From a bacterium (GTDB lineage: Bacteria > UBA8248): DNA of 64,000 nt. Every line of letters begins with the position of its first letter. The first letter of the stretch is position 1. Shown here one piece after another: positions 10,523-20,076 of this stretch. The DNA lies in contig OZ244799.1 of the NCBI GenBank assembly GCA_965219955.1, forward strand, positions 704,001 to 768,000. The letters run 5' to 3'. The position numbers and the translations under genes are program-made. Below the pieces are notes generated by a model that saw only the letters and a list, made by a program, of their open reading frames with translations, had not been told where the DNA came from and made no database searches.

Positions 10523-11860
10523 ATGGAAGAGACGAATCCGGCTCAGATGAGCGCCCTTCGCGCCGCGGAGGCGATACGAGAAGGCGAGTTGACCTCGGAG
10601 GAACTCGTCGGGGCGTGCCTGGCCCGCATCGGGGAGTGCGAGGAGCAAATCGGCGCCTGGGAGCACCTGGATGAGGACTTGGCCCTGAGGCAGGCGAGAG
10701 AGGCCGACCTCGCCAGAGGGGAAGGGAAGGCGCTGGGGCCTTTTCACGGCGTACCCGTCGGGATCAAGGACATCATCGACACCGCCGAGTTGCCGACCGA
10801 AAACGGCTCCCCCCTTCACGCGGGCCGCCGTCCCACCGAGGACGCCGCACTCGTATCCCTGCTCAAGAACGCGGGCGCCGTCATCATGGGCAAGACCGTG
10901 ACGACGGAGTTCGCCGTCTATCATCCCGGCAAGACGAAAAACCCCCACGACCCGGAGCGCACGCCCGGCGGCTCGTCGAGCGGTTCCGCCGCCGCCGTCG
11001 CCTCCCGCATGGTTCCCGCTGCGGTGGGCAGCCAGACGAACGGCTCGACCATACGGCCCGCCTCTTATTGCGGCGTGTGCGGCTTCAAGCCCACGCACGG
11101 AACGATTTCACGCTACGGCATGCTTCCGCAGTCGAGGCCGATCGACCATGTGGGCCTTTTCGCGCGCTCGGTCGAGGACGTCGCCTTCCTGGGCGATCAG
11201 TTGATGGTCTTCGACGCGCGCGACCCGGACATGCGCCATCGCGCGGCCCCGAGACTGCTGGAAACCGCCGCCTCGGAGCCTCCGGTCGCGCCTCGCTTCG
11301 CGTTCGTGAAAACCCCCGTCTGGGATCAGGCCGATGAGGACGCGCAGGCGGCGTTTGAGGAACTGGCGGCGCGTCTGGGCGGGGAGGTCGTGGAGGAGGT
11401 CGAACTTCCCGAGCCTTTTGACAACGCTATTGAGTGGCACCAGATCATCCTGGAATCGAACCTCGCGCGGAACTTCGAGGCGGAATACGAACGCGGCAGG
11501 GATAAGCTGAGCGATCTCCTGCGCAAGATGATGGAACGCGGCAAAGAGTATCTTGCGGTGGATTACACCCGGGCGGTAGAGAAGGTGCCCGTCCTGAACG
11601 GTTTGCTGGGCGAGACGTTCGAGCGGTTCGACGCCCTGCTCACACCGCCCGCGCCGGGGCAGGCGCCGCTCGGGCTGGGCGCGACGGGGAATCCGGTTTT
11701 TTGCACCATCTGGACCCTGTGCGGAACGCCGGCCGTGACGCTGCCTCTGCTTAAGGGAGCCGACGGGATGCCGCTCGGCGTGCAGCTCGTGGGGCCCAGG
11801 GGAGACGACGCCAGGCTGCTCCGGACGGCGAGGTGGCTGGAATCCCGCCTCGGCGGATAA
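10523..11860 (+). CDS. Amidase signature family enzyme
   Basis: GIKDII, TPGGSSSGSAAAV, GSQTNGSTIRPASYCG. Confidence 0.92.
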   Translation: MEETNPAQMSALRAAEAIREGELTSEELVGACLARIGECEEQIGAWEHLDEDLALRQAREADLARGEGKALGPFHGVPVGIKDIIDTAELPTENGSPLHAGRRPTEDAALVSLLKNAGAVIMGKTVTTEFAVYHPGKTKNPHDPERTPGGSSSGSAAAVASRMVPAAVGSQTNGSTIRPASYCGVCGFKPTHGTISRYGMLPQSRPIDHVGLFARSVEDVAFLGDQLMVFDARDPDMRHRAAPRLLETAASEPPVAPRFAFVKTPVWDQADEDAQAAFEELAARLGGEVVEEVELPEPFDNAIEWHQIILESNLARNFEAEYERGRDKLSDLLRKMMERGKEYLAVDYTRAVEKVPVLNGLLGETFERFDALLTPPAPGQAPLGLGATGNPVFCTIWTLCGTPAVTLPLLKGADGMPLGVQLVGPRGDDARLLRTARWLESRLGG

Positions 11861-11951
11861 GCGCCCTGACCTGCATGGCCCTGCGGGTAAATCGGCCGCT
11901 CCGGCCCGCGTCCTGTTTCGTACATCCATCACCAAAGAGGAGGCTTAGACG

Positions 11952-12851
11952 ATGAGCCGATCCGTCGCCTTTATCGGAACCGGCATCATGGGCAAGCCCA
12001 TGGTGTTGAACTTGCTGAAAGCAGGCCATTCGGTGGCCGCCCACAACCGCAGCAAGCCGCCTCTGGAGGAACTGGCCGAGGCGGGCGCGGTGGTGTGCAC
12101 GTCCGCAGCGGAAGCGGCTTCGAAAGCCAACGCCATCATTACCTGTCTGCCCGATTCGCCGGACGTGGAACTGGTCGCCCTGGGCGAGGGGGGCGTCATC
12201 GAAGGCGCGGGGGAGGGTTCTCTTTTCATCGACATGAGCACGATCTCCCCCGGCGTCTCGAAAAAGGTGGCGGGGGCCTTGGGAGAGCGGGGCGTGCGCA
12301 TGCTCGACGCTCCCGTGAGCGGGGGAGACGTCGGCGCCAGGGAGGGCACGCTCTCGATCATGGTGGGCGGTGCTGCGGCGGATTTCGAGGACGCTTTGCC
12401 CGTCTTCGAGGCGATGGGGAAGACCATCGTCCACGTTGGGGAGAACGTGGGCGACGGCGGGTACGTGAAGATCGCGAACCAGATCATGGTGGGCCTGCAC
12501 ATCGCCGCGATGAGCGAGGCGCTCGTGCTGGGCGCGAAAGCGGGCGTGAATCCCGATAAGATGATCGCGGCCCTGTCCGGCGGCCTCGCGCAATCGCGCG
12601 TGCTGGAATTGCGCGGGCCGAACCTGGTGAGGGGCGAATACCCGCCGGGTTTCCGGATCCGCCTGCACCGCAAGGACCTTCGCCTCGCCATGGAGGCGGG
12701 CGCGGACCTTGGGGTGGCGATACCTGCGGCGGGGCAGCTCTATCAGATGTTCACGGCGCTCCTGGCGGCGGACCGCGGGGAGCTGGACCACAGCGGCTTC
12801 GCCACCCTCATCGAAGACCTCGCCAGACACAGGGTCTGCGATACGGACTAG
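11952..12851 (+). CDS. 2-hydroxy-3-oxopropionate (tartronate semialdehyde) reductase-like, GarR/GlxR family
   Basis: FIGTGIMGKPM, LPDSPDVE, DAPVSGG, KIANQI, PGFRIRLHRKDL. Confidence 0.85.
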   Translation: MSRSVAFIGTGIMGKPMVLNLLKAGHSVAAHNRSKPPLEELAEAGAVVCTSAAEAASKANAIITCLPDSPDVELVALGEGGVIEGAGEGSLFIDMSTISPGVSKKVAGALGERGVRMLDAPVSGGDVGAREGTLSIMVGGAAADFEDALPVFEAMGKTIVHVGENVGDGGYVKIANQIMVGLHIAAMSEALVLGAKAGVNPDKMIAALSGGLAQSRVLELRGPNLVRGEYPPGFRIRLHRKDLRLAMEAGADLGVAIPAAGQLYQMFTALLAADRGELDHSGFATLIEDLARHRVCDTD

Positions 12852-12855
12852 CCTT

Positions 12856-13398
12856 GGGGGGTGTTGAGAAGCTCCTCGCAGGGGGATATCGCCTTTAGCG
12901 GAAAGGCCGCTTTCGCGCGAACCCCCGACTCCCCTCTTTGAAAGCAACCCCCCCTACCCCCCCTTGTCAGGGGGGCAAGAAAAAGCAAAACCCCTCTCAG
13001 CCCGGCGGGGGCGCATCGCCTTTTTATACCCCCTGACAAGGGGGGGGTAGGGGGGGTTGCCGTTGGGGTTGGCCCACCGCGCGGCATCGGGTTTCGCGGA
13101 GCGCTTGACGCCCTCATCCCGAACAAGCGCCCCAAACCCTCATCCTGAGTAGGCGCGTAAGCGCCGTATCGAAGGATGGGGAGCGCTCTCTCCGGCGAGC
13201 GCGAATTTCGCCCTTCGACAGGCTCAGGACAGGCCCCTTCGATACGCCGCCTTCGGCGGCTACTCAGGATGAGGAAGATGGGGGGGCGGAGCTTGTCCCG
13301 AGCGAAGTCGAGGGGCCGCTACTCAGGGTGAGGCGGAGCGGCGGGCTGCGCAGGATGAGGAGGGGGATTGCGTGGCTTCGGGCTTTTTCAACAACCCC
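12856..13398. repeat. Mosaic repeat cluster bounded by TIR-like ends
   Basis: Begins GGGGGTGTTGAGAA and ends TTTTTCAACAACCCC; contains an intact CCCCCCTTGTCAGGGGGG doublet and CCTCATCCTGAGTA units. Confidence 0.9.
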
Positions 13399-13399
13399 C

Positions 13400-14788
13400 T
13401 TACGCGACGACCTCAGGCTCTCCCTCGCCGATCCAGCCGATGGCCGTCATCGAGACTTCCGTGCCCGCCACGGGCGAGACTTCCGGTATCTGAATGGCGG
13501 TGAAGGCCGGCCTGCGCTTCGGGAAGTATTTCCTGAACAGGGGCTCGAGCGCCGACACGTGGGAGATGTTCTTGAGGAACAGCGTCAGGTGCGTCACCCG
13601 GCTCATGTCGGCGTCTGCGGCTTTCATCGCGTCTTCCATCTGATCCAGAACCGCCAGCCCCTGCAAGACGACGTTTCTCGTCGCCGGCGAAGACGCTTTC
13701 GGCAGTCTCCGGCGGAGCGCTCCCTTGAGCTCGCTTCTTTTGCTGATCGGCTCATCGTCTTCGGTCAGGCCGATGATGTTCGAGAGGAAGAGTACGCCGC
13801 CCGCGGCGACGCCCAGGCTCATTTGCGCGCCCGACTCATCCCCGCGAATCACCTCGCGCTTGATCTTGCTGCCGTTCATCAGCGCCGTCGGTTCGATTTC
13901 GATCTTCTCCCCCTTGTGGCCGACTTCCGCCACCTGCATCACCGTGAGGGCGGGCGGGTCGTTTGGGAAAAACCGCTCGTGGATGCGGTGGAAGGTGGGG
14001 AAATCGCGCATGTCCCCGAGATAGACGGTGAGGTTCAGGATGTTTTCCAAAGACGAGCCCGAACCTTCCAGGTGCTTGCGGATGAGGTCGTAGACGAACC
14101 ACGTCTGCGCGGCGATGGGGCCGTTCCTGCTGTCCTCATGGCTCTGGCCGACGGAGAGGAATCTCCCCCGCTTGGGGATGTCGGGGTAGTTGCGGATGAG
14201 GGGGGAGCCGGGTTTCGAGGTATCGGTCGGAATCTGCCCGGCGACGAAGAGATACGGCCCGGCGCCGACGACGTGGGAGAAATGGGCGGCGGCCGAATGC
14301 GCCTTCGAGCCTTCATGCTTCATCCTTTGCCCCAGAGTCTTCGCCGCCTCGGGATGGAGCGCGATGGCGTCGATGTTGAAGCGCACGGTTCTTTCCGGGT
14401 CGAACGCGCCCATGCCCACGGCGGTGCTCGGCGTGGGCGCTTTCGGCTCGTAGTGACGCCTGATGCTGTCGAACACCGGGAAAAAGCGCTTGTCGAGCTG
14501 ATAGAGATGGAACCGGAGCAAATTCTCCAGCCCACCGCCGTTGGCCTTCAGCGCTTCCCCCACGCCCTCGTAAGTCGCGATGGCCTGCGCGCCGATGGGC
14601 GCTTCGATCTTGTCGACCCAGGGGTAGTTCTTCGTCCGCGCGGGTCCTTTCTCCCCGATTTCGGCGTATCTGGTGCAGATGTTTCCCGACTTGGAGTGCA
14701 TCCCCATCTGCCCGCTGAAGAACAGGAACGGCCCGCCCGAAACGCAACGGGGCCACTTGGCGTGGTCTGAAAAGAATTTTTTGGACAT
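13400..14788 (-). CDS. Triple-domain Rid (YjgF/UK114) family protein
   Basis: Three repeats of the Rid pattern (FLFFSGQ / YLFVAGQ / VLFLSNI ... LTVYL ... P-x-x-T ... IEIE); ATG directly follows the upstream TAA. Confidence 0.75.
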   Translation of the reverse strand: MSKKFFSDHAKWPRCVSGGPFLFFSGQMGMHSKSGNICTRYAEIGEKGPARTKNYPWVDKIEAPIGAQAIATYEGVGEALKANGGGLENLLRFHLYQLDKRFFPVFDSIRRHYEPKAPTPSTAVGMGAFDPERTVRFNIDAIALHPEAAKTLGQRMKHEGSKAHSAAAHFSHVVGAGPYLFVAGQIPTDTSKPGSPLIRNYPDIPKRGRFLSVGQSHEDSRNGPIAAQTWFVYDLIRKHLEGSGSSLENILNLTVYLGDMRDFPTFHRIHERFFPNDPPALTVMQVAEVGHKGEKIEIEPTALMNGSKIKREVIRGDESGAQMSLGVAAGGVLFLSNIIGLTEDDEPISKRSELKGALRRRLPKASSPATRNVVLQGLAVLDQMEDAMKAADADMSRVTHLTLFLKNISHVSALEPLFRKYFPKRRPAFTAIQIPEVSPVAGTEVSMTAIGWIGEGEPEVVA

Positions 14789-17116
14789 TTACGCCTCAAT
14801 GAAGGATGGGGGTTGAAACGCCGTGATCTCGGGAAGCTCTTCCTCGTAGCGCTCCATCTCCACCAGCGCGCTGTGCGCGCTCGGGCCCTGCCCGAGGCTG
14901 GAGGTTCCCTTGTCGGGCGTCAGGACGTTGGGGTTGCCGTGCTTGTCGAGCGCGCCGATTCTCCCCGGCTCCTGCGGGTCGTACCACGCGCCCGTGGAGA
15001 GCTGGATGACGCCCGGCAGCAGTCCCTCGGTGATGACGGCGCCGGCGAGAATGGCGCCTCGCCCGTTGAAGATTCGCACGACGTCTCCGTCCCGAATCTC
15101 CCGCGCGGCGGCGTCTTCGGGATGAATCCACACCGGTTCCCTTCCCTGAATCTTGCTTTTGGTGCTGGTCGAGCCGCTGTCCATCTGGCCGTGAAGCCTC
15201 GTGCGCGGCTGGTTCGAGATCAGGTGCAGCGGGAATTTCTCCGCCGTCTCACTCCCCAGCCATTCTACGGGTTCGAGCCAGGCGGGGTGGGGCGGGCAAT
15301 CGGCGTACCCGAAGCTCTCGATGCGCTCGGAAAATATCTCGATTTTCCCGGAAGGCGTCTTGAGCGGATTTTTCTCAGGGTCTTCCCGGAAATCGGCCAG
15401 ATAGACGTGGGGCGTCTCCGGCGGGGCGACTTCGGTATGGCCGGTCTCCCAGAAATGCTCGAACGTGTCGAGGACCACGCCCTGGGCGGCGGCTTTCCGG
15501 CGCGCCTCCTCGTAGATGTGCCGGAGCCATTCCGTCTCGCCGCGGTCTTCGGTGAAGGCGCTCTTGAAGCCGAGGCGTTCGGCCAGTTCCGAGAAGATGT
15601 CGAAATCGTGCCTGGCGTCGCCCACCGGTTCGATCACCTTGTGCATGGCGAGGATGAAACGATCCCTCGAACTCGAGCCGATGTCGTTGCGCTCGAGCGT
15701 CGTGGTGGCAGGCAGCACGATGTCCGCATGGCGCGCCGTGGACGTCCACCACGGGTCGTGGACGACGATGGTTTCGGGCCGCCGCCACGCCTTCACCAGC
15801 CGGTTCAAGTCCTGGTGGTGGTGGAATGGATTGCCGCCGCACCAGTACACCATGCGGATGTCCGGGTAGGTGCGGCGTTCGCCGTTGAAGTCGTATTCCT
15901 CGCCCGGGTGGAGCATCATGTCCGCGATGCGGGCGACGGGGATGAAGCTGCCGGTCGGGTTTTTCCCGAAACTCATTCTGACGGAGGGGATATCCTCACG
16001 CGGTTCGCCGCGCCCGCCCATGCTCCCGTAGCCGAAGCCGAACCCCCCGCCGGGCAGGCCGATTTGTCCGAGCATGGCTGCGAGCGTGATGGTCATCCAG
16101 AACGGCTGCTCGCCGTGGTCCCCGCGCTGGAGCGACCAGTTCGTGTTGAGCATGGTTCGCGCACCCGCCATGCGCCGCGCAAGATTCCGGATGACGTCCG
16201 CCCCGATTCCCGTGATGGGAGCCGCCCAGTCCGCGTTCCTGGGCCGCCCGTCGATTTCGCCCGCCAGGTAGGCTTCGAATTTTTCGAAACCCACGCAGTA
16301 GCGCGCGAGGAAGTCCTTGTCGTGCAGGTTTTCCTCCCAGAGCGTATGCGCGAGGCCGAGCATGAGCGCCACGTCCGTATTGGGCCGCACGGCGAGCCAC
16401 TGGGCGTCCAGAAAGCCGGGCGCATCGTCTTCCAGGGGGCTTACGTTCACGAATTCCACCCCGTTCGCCTTCGCCCTTTCCAGCCAAATCTCCAGGGAGT
16501 GTTCTCCCGCGCCTCCGGCCGCCACCTGCGCGTTCTTGACGGGAACGCCGCCGAACATGACGAACAGCCCTGCGTCTTGCGCGATGCTGTCCCACGTCGT
16601 GATGTGGCCCGAACAGGCGACGTAGTCCCCCAGAACGTGGGGGAGGATGATGTAACCGGCGGCGATGCTGTAGGTGGTCACCTGGTCCGTGAAGCCGCCG
16701 TAGCAGTTCAAGAATCTCTTGAGCAGCGTATTGGCATGGTGGAAGCGTCCCGCGCTCGCCCAGCCGTATGAACCCGCGAAGATGGATTCGTTGCCGTGTT
16801 CGGTCTTGATGCGCTCTATCTCGTCGGCGACCAGGCCGAGGGCCGTCTCCCAGGAGACGGGCACGAAAGGCTCGCCGCCGCGTCCTTCGGAGTTCTTCCC
16901 GGGGCCGCCTTCGAGCCAGCCCGCGCGGATCATCGGTTGGGAGATGCGGGTTTCGTCGTAGATGGCGTCCTGGATGGACTCCAGGATGGGGGAGGGCGCC
17001 GGGTCCTTGGCGAACGGCTCGAAGCCCACCATGCGGCCATCGCGCACGTGCGCCCGGAAGGCCCCCCAGTGGGAACTGTGGTGACGTTTTTCGATTCCAC
17101 CTCGCCCGTCGGGCAT
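14789..17116 (-). CDS. Cytoplasmic molybdo-bis-PGD S/N-oxide reductase, BisC/TorZ/DorA family
   Basis: SSHWGAF N-terminus, GSYGWASAG, TTYSIAA (serine Mo ligand), QRGDHGEQ, GGNPFHHHQD, RLHGQ, HGNPNVLT; no Tat signal; GGAGG before ATG. Confidence 0.9.
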   Translation of the reverse strand: MPDGRGGIEKRHHSSHWGAFRAHVRDGRMVGFEPFAKDPAPSPILESIQDAIYDETRISQPMIRAGWLEGGPGKNSEGRGGEPFVPVSWETALGLVADEIERIKTEHGNESIFAGSYGWASAGRFHHANTLLKRFLNCYGGFTDQVTTYSIAAGYIILPHVLGDYVACSGHITTWDSIAQDAGLFVMFGGVPVKNAQVAAGGAGEHSLEIWLERAKANGVEFVNVSPLEDDAPGFLDAQWLAVRPNTDVALMLGLAHTLWEENLHDKDFLARYCVGFEKFEAYLAGEIDGRPRNADWAAPITGIGADVIRNLARRMAGARTMLNTNWSLQRGDHGEQPFWMTITLAAMLGQIGLPGGGFGFGYGSMGGRGEPREDIPSVRMSFGKNPTGSFIPVARIADMMLHPGEEYDFNGERRTYPDIRMVYWCGGNPFHHHQDLNRLVKAWRRPETIVVHDPWWTSTARHADIVLPATTTLERNDIGSSSRDRFILAMHKVIEPVGDARHDFDIFSELAERLGFKSAFTEDRGETEWLRHIYEEARRKAAAQGVVLDTFEHFWETGHTEVAPPETPHVYLADFREDPEKNPLKTPSGKIEIFSERIESFGYADCPPHPAWLEPVEWLGSETAEKFPLHLISNQPRTRLHGQMDSGSTSTKSKIQGREPVWIHPEDAAAREIRDGDVVRIFNGRGAILAGAVITEGLLPGVIQLSTGAWYDPQEPGRIGALDKHGNPNVLTPDKGTSSLGQGPSAHSALVEMERYEEELPEITAFQPPSFIEA

Positions 17117-17299
17117 CAGATGATTTCCTCCACGAATCTGGGTCGAACCAGTGGTTTTGGGGAGTATATCACGAGTGGGAGCCAAGTCCCTCCGCCCCGG
17201 CGTTTCAAGCGCCCAAAACAGGTTGCAGGGTGATTTTAGGGCCGGAATGTGCCATTGTTCCACCTTCTGGGTTCAATTTTTTCTCATCTGGAGACGCTC

Positions 17300-17797
17300 A
17301 TGGATGTGCTCACGCGAATGGCCGGTGAAATCGGGCAGTTGCTGAAGGATAAGGGACAAACGGTCGCCGTTTCGGAAACCTCCGCAGGCGGTCTCGTATC
17401 GGCCGCTCTGCTCGCCGTTCCGGGGGCTTCGGCCTACTACATGGGCGGCGGCGTGCTCTACACCTATGATTCGAGGAGCATTCTGCTGGGGTTGCCCGAG
17501 GACGCCTTCGAGGGCATGCGGCCGAGCACGGAGCCCTACGCGGCGAAGCTGGCCGCGGCGATAAAAGACCGGCTGGGGGCGACATGGGGCGTTTCCGAAA
17601 CCGGGGCGGCCGGCCCTGCCGGCAACAGATACGGGGACGCGCCGGGGCATTCGTGCATGGCCGTTTCCGGCCCGGTGGAGAAGGTGATGACGCTGGAGAC
17701 GGGCAGCGCGGACAGGGAGGCGAATATGTGGGCGTTCGCGGAGGCGACGCTCGGCCAGCTCAAAGAGGCAATCGAGCAAAACGGAACAAATCAATGA
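17300..17797 (+). CDS. CinA C-terminal domain (PncC-like) protein
   Basis: AVSETSAGG, VPGASAYY, ETGAAGP. Confidence 0.85.
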   Translation: MDVLTRMAGEIGQLLKDKGQTVAVSETSAGGLVSAALLAVPGASAYYMGGGVLYTYDSRSILLGLPEDAFEGMRPSTEPYAAKLAAAIKDRLGATWGVSETGAAGPAGNRYGDAPGHSCMAVSGPVEKVMTLETGSADREANMWAFAEATLGQLKEAIEQNGTNQ

Positions 17798-17890
17798 GCC
17801 TCAAGGGGGTGACCCTCCATTAAGTTCGGTTATTGGGGATTCTTGAAAAACGTCGGGTTCCGTTCAAACTAGATCGGAAGATCGGTCTTG

Positions 17891-18199
17891 TCACATTCTG
17901 GGTTCGGATCTTCTCCTGGCCCTTCTTTCGATTTGCTGTTTTTCAATCGAGTCATGGACCTTGACGAGCAATTCTCTGATGTTGAGCAACACGGCGAGTG
18001 TGCCGAACACGATTACGGCAACGATCCAGCCGAACACGAGGCCGATGGCAACGCCAAACAAGCCGCCGTAATCCGAAATCTGTTCTTTGCCGAAATGGAA
18101 GCCAACTACACCGGAAACGGAAATGACGATGATCGACAAAATTGCGTTGAGTGCACCGAGGGATCTGGCAAGAAATTCATTCACCTTCCGCCCTTTCAT
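17891..18199 (-). CDS. Hypothetical 2-TM membrane protein
   Basis: Two hydrophobic segments and a basic tail; lower-GC surroundings. Confidence 0.6.
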   Translation of the reverse strand: MKGRKVNEFLARSLGALNAILSIIVISVSGVVGFHFGKEQISDYGGLFGVAIGLVFGWIVAVIVFGTLAVLLNIRELLVKVHDSIEKQQIERRARRRSEPRM

Positions 18200-18304
18200 T
18201 CAATGACGAATTCTCTTGTGATTTTGATGGGGGGTCGTATATCAAATATTATGCTTAGTCAAGGGAATGATTCCCCACAAAACTAACCTATGGAGAGATG
18301 CGTT

Positions 18305-19291
18305 ATGTTTCGTGCTCTGGTTTTGGAGGAAGCGGACGGGAAGGTCAGTTCATCGGTTCAGGAACTCGACGAGGCGAGCCTGCCGGACGGCGACGTGACG
18401 GTCGCGATCGATTATTCGACGCTCAACTACAAGGACGGGATGATTCTGCGCGGCATCGGGCGGCTGGTGCGCAATTATCCTCACGTACCGGGCATTGATT
18501 TTGCGGGCACGGTGGAGGAGAGCGCGCACGCAGGTTACAGCCCTGGAGACAAGGTGATCCTCACCGGCTGGCGGGTCGGCGAGGCGCACTGGGGGGGATA
18601 TGCCCAGAAAGCGCGCGTCAAGGGAGACTGGCTGGTCCGCCTGCCGGAAAATATGTCCACGAGGCAGGCGATGGCGCTCGGCACGGCCGGCTTCACGGCC
18701 ATGCTCTCCGTTCAGGCGCTGGAAGACCACGGCATCGGCGTAGAAGACGGAGAAGTGCTCGTCACGGGCGCCGCGGGCGGGGTGGGTTCCGTCGCCGTGG
18801 CCGTTCTCGCGAACCTGGGCTATTCCGTCACCGCGTCGACGGGCAGAGAGGAGACCCACGCTTATCTCGAATCACTCGGCGCCTCGACCATTATCGCCCG
18901 GAGTGAACTCGCCGAACCCACGAAACGCCCGCTCGAGAGCGAACGCTGGGCAGGTTGCGTCGATTCGGTGGGCGGCACGACACTCGGACGCCTGCTGACG
19001 CAGATGAAGCACCGAAGCTCCGTGGCGGCGGTGGGACTGGCGGGCGGGAGCGCCCTCGAGACGACGGTGATTCCCTTTCTCCTGCGGGGCGTGAACCTGC
19101 TGGGCATCGATTCCGTCATGTGCCCCTTCGAGCCTCGTCAAAAGGCGTGGACGCGGCTTGCGGAGCAGATGCCGATGGACAAGCTCGAATCCATGAGCAC
19201 CGAAGCGTCGCTATCCGACCTGGCCGGACTGAGCGGCGATATCCTGAAGGGGCAGGTGAAGGGCCGCGTGGTCGTGGACGTGAACGCCTAG
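18305..19291 (+). CDS. acuI: Acrylyl-CoA reductase-like MDR oxidoreductase, YhdH/AcuI family
   Basis: YSTLNYKDG, PGIDFAG, GTAGFTAML, TGAAGGVGS, PFLLRGVNLLGIDSV. Confidence 0.85.
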   Translation: MFRALVLEEADGKVSSSVQELDEASLPDGDVTVAIDYSTLNYKDGMILRGIGRLVRNYPHVPGIDFAGTVEESAHAGYSPGDKVILTGWRVGEAHWGGYAQKARVKGDWLVRLPENMSTRQAMALGTAGFTAMLSVQALEDHGIGVEDGEVLVTGAAGGVGSVAVAVLANLGYSVTASTGREETHAYLESLGASTIIARSELAEPTKRPLESERWAGCVDSVGGTTLGRLLTQMKHRSSVAAVGLAGGSALETTVIPFLLRGVNLLGIDSVMCPFEPRQKAWTRLAEQMPMDKLESMSTEASLSDLAGLSGDILKGQVKGRVVVDVNA

Positions 19292-19740
19292 GCGTTTCGT
19301 TTTTTCGTCAACTCACGGTCTAAGGCCGCTGCGAACTTGTGGCGGTCCGGGGTGGCCATGGGCGGCGGGCCGCCCTGGACGAGGCCGCCCGAGCGCATGT
19401 CCATCATGAAATTTCTCAAAGACAGCCGCTCGCCCACGTTTTCCTCGGTATAGACCTCGCCGCGCGGGTCGATGCCCAAAGCGCCTTTTTCGACCGCTTT
19501 CGCCGCGAAGGGAACGTCCGCGGTGATGACGAAATCGCCCGGGTTCAGGTTCTCGACGATGTACTCATCGGCCACGTCCGCTCCGCCGGGGACCTGAATC
19601 GTGGAAACGGAAGGGATGTCCGGCGTTCTCAGCTTCATGTTGGCGACCAGAACCGTCGGAATATCAAGTCGATCGGCGGTTTTGTAGAGAATCTCCTTGA
19701 TATCTTGCGGGCATGCGTCGGCATCGACCCAGATTTTCAT
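19288..19740 (-). CDS. YaiI/YqxD (UPF0178) family protein
   Basis: IWVDADACP, DVADEYI, ITADVPFA, GGPPP. Confidence 0.9.
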   Translation of the reverse strand: MKIWVDADACPQDIKEILYKTADRLDIPTVLVANMKLRTPDIPSVSTIQVPGGADVADEYIVENLNPGDFVITADVPFAAKAVEKGALGIDPRGEVYTEENVGERLSLRNFMMDMRSGGLVQGGPPPMATPDRHKFAAALDRELTKKRNA

Positions 19741-19860
19741 GCGTTTTCCCTCTCATCGCCCTTAATCCCTGCGGCTCCTTTATAGTATGATGCTTTTCAT
19801 TCGAGATACCTAACACGATATTCCGGATCGGGTGATATTCGTGCAGCCGGGAGAGTGAAT

Positions 19861-20076
19861 ATGTCACAACCGCAAGCGAATCACGAGAAAACAGCGGCGC
19901 GAATCGCCGAGATGGCCGATACCGTCTTTGGCGTGCCCCGGGATGAACTCGGCCTCAAGACGGCCGATGATTGCGCGCGGATGCTCCGGATTCTCTCGGG
20001 CACACCCGTTGAGTCCACCGATGAGCCGTTCCTCCCCCCGCTCGAAAAGCCCGAGGCCGATGAGAACGCGGAATGA
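19861..20076 (+). CDS. Small protein coupled to an amidase, possibly a GatC/AtzG-like partner
   Basis: About 71 aa; stop overlaps the amidase ATG; acidic P-x4-EP C-terminal pattern. Confidence 0.55.
   Translation: MSQPQANHEKTAARIAEMADTVFGVPRDELGLKTADDCARMLRILSGTPVESTDEPFLPPLEKPEADENAE

Noticed and set aside
14813-16771. Long antisense or alternative-frame ORFs (652 aa here; also 6494-8011, 9731-11098, 34638-36158, 34757-36208)
   Set aside because: They are shadows of well-supported genes in high-GC DNA and have no recognisable motifs.
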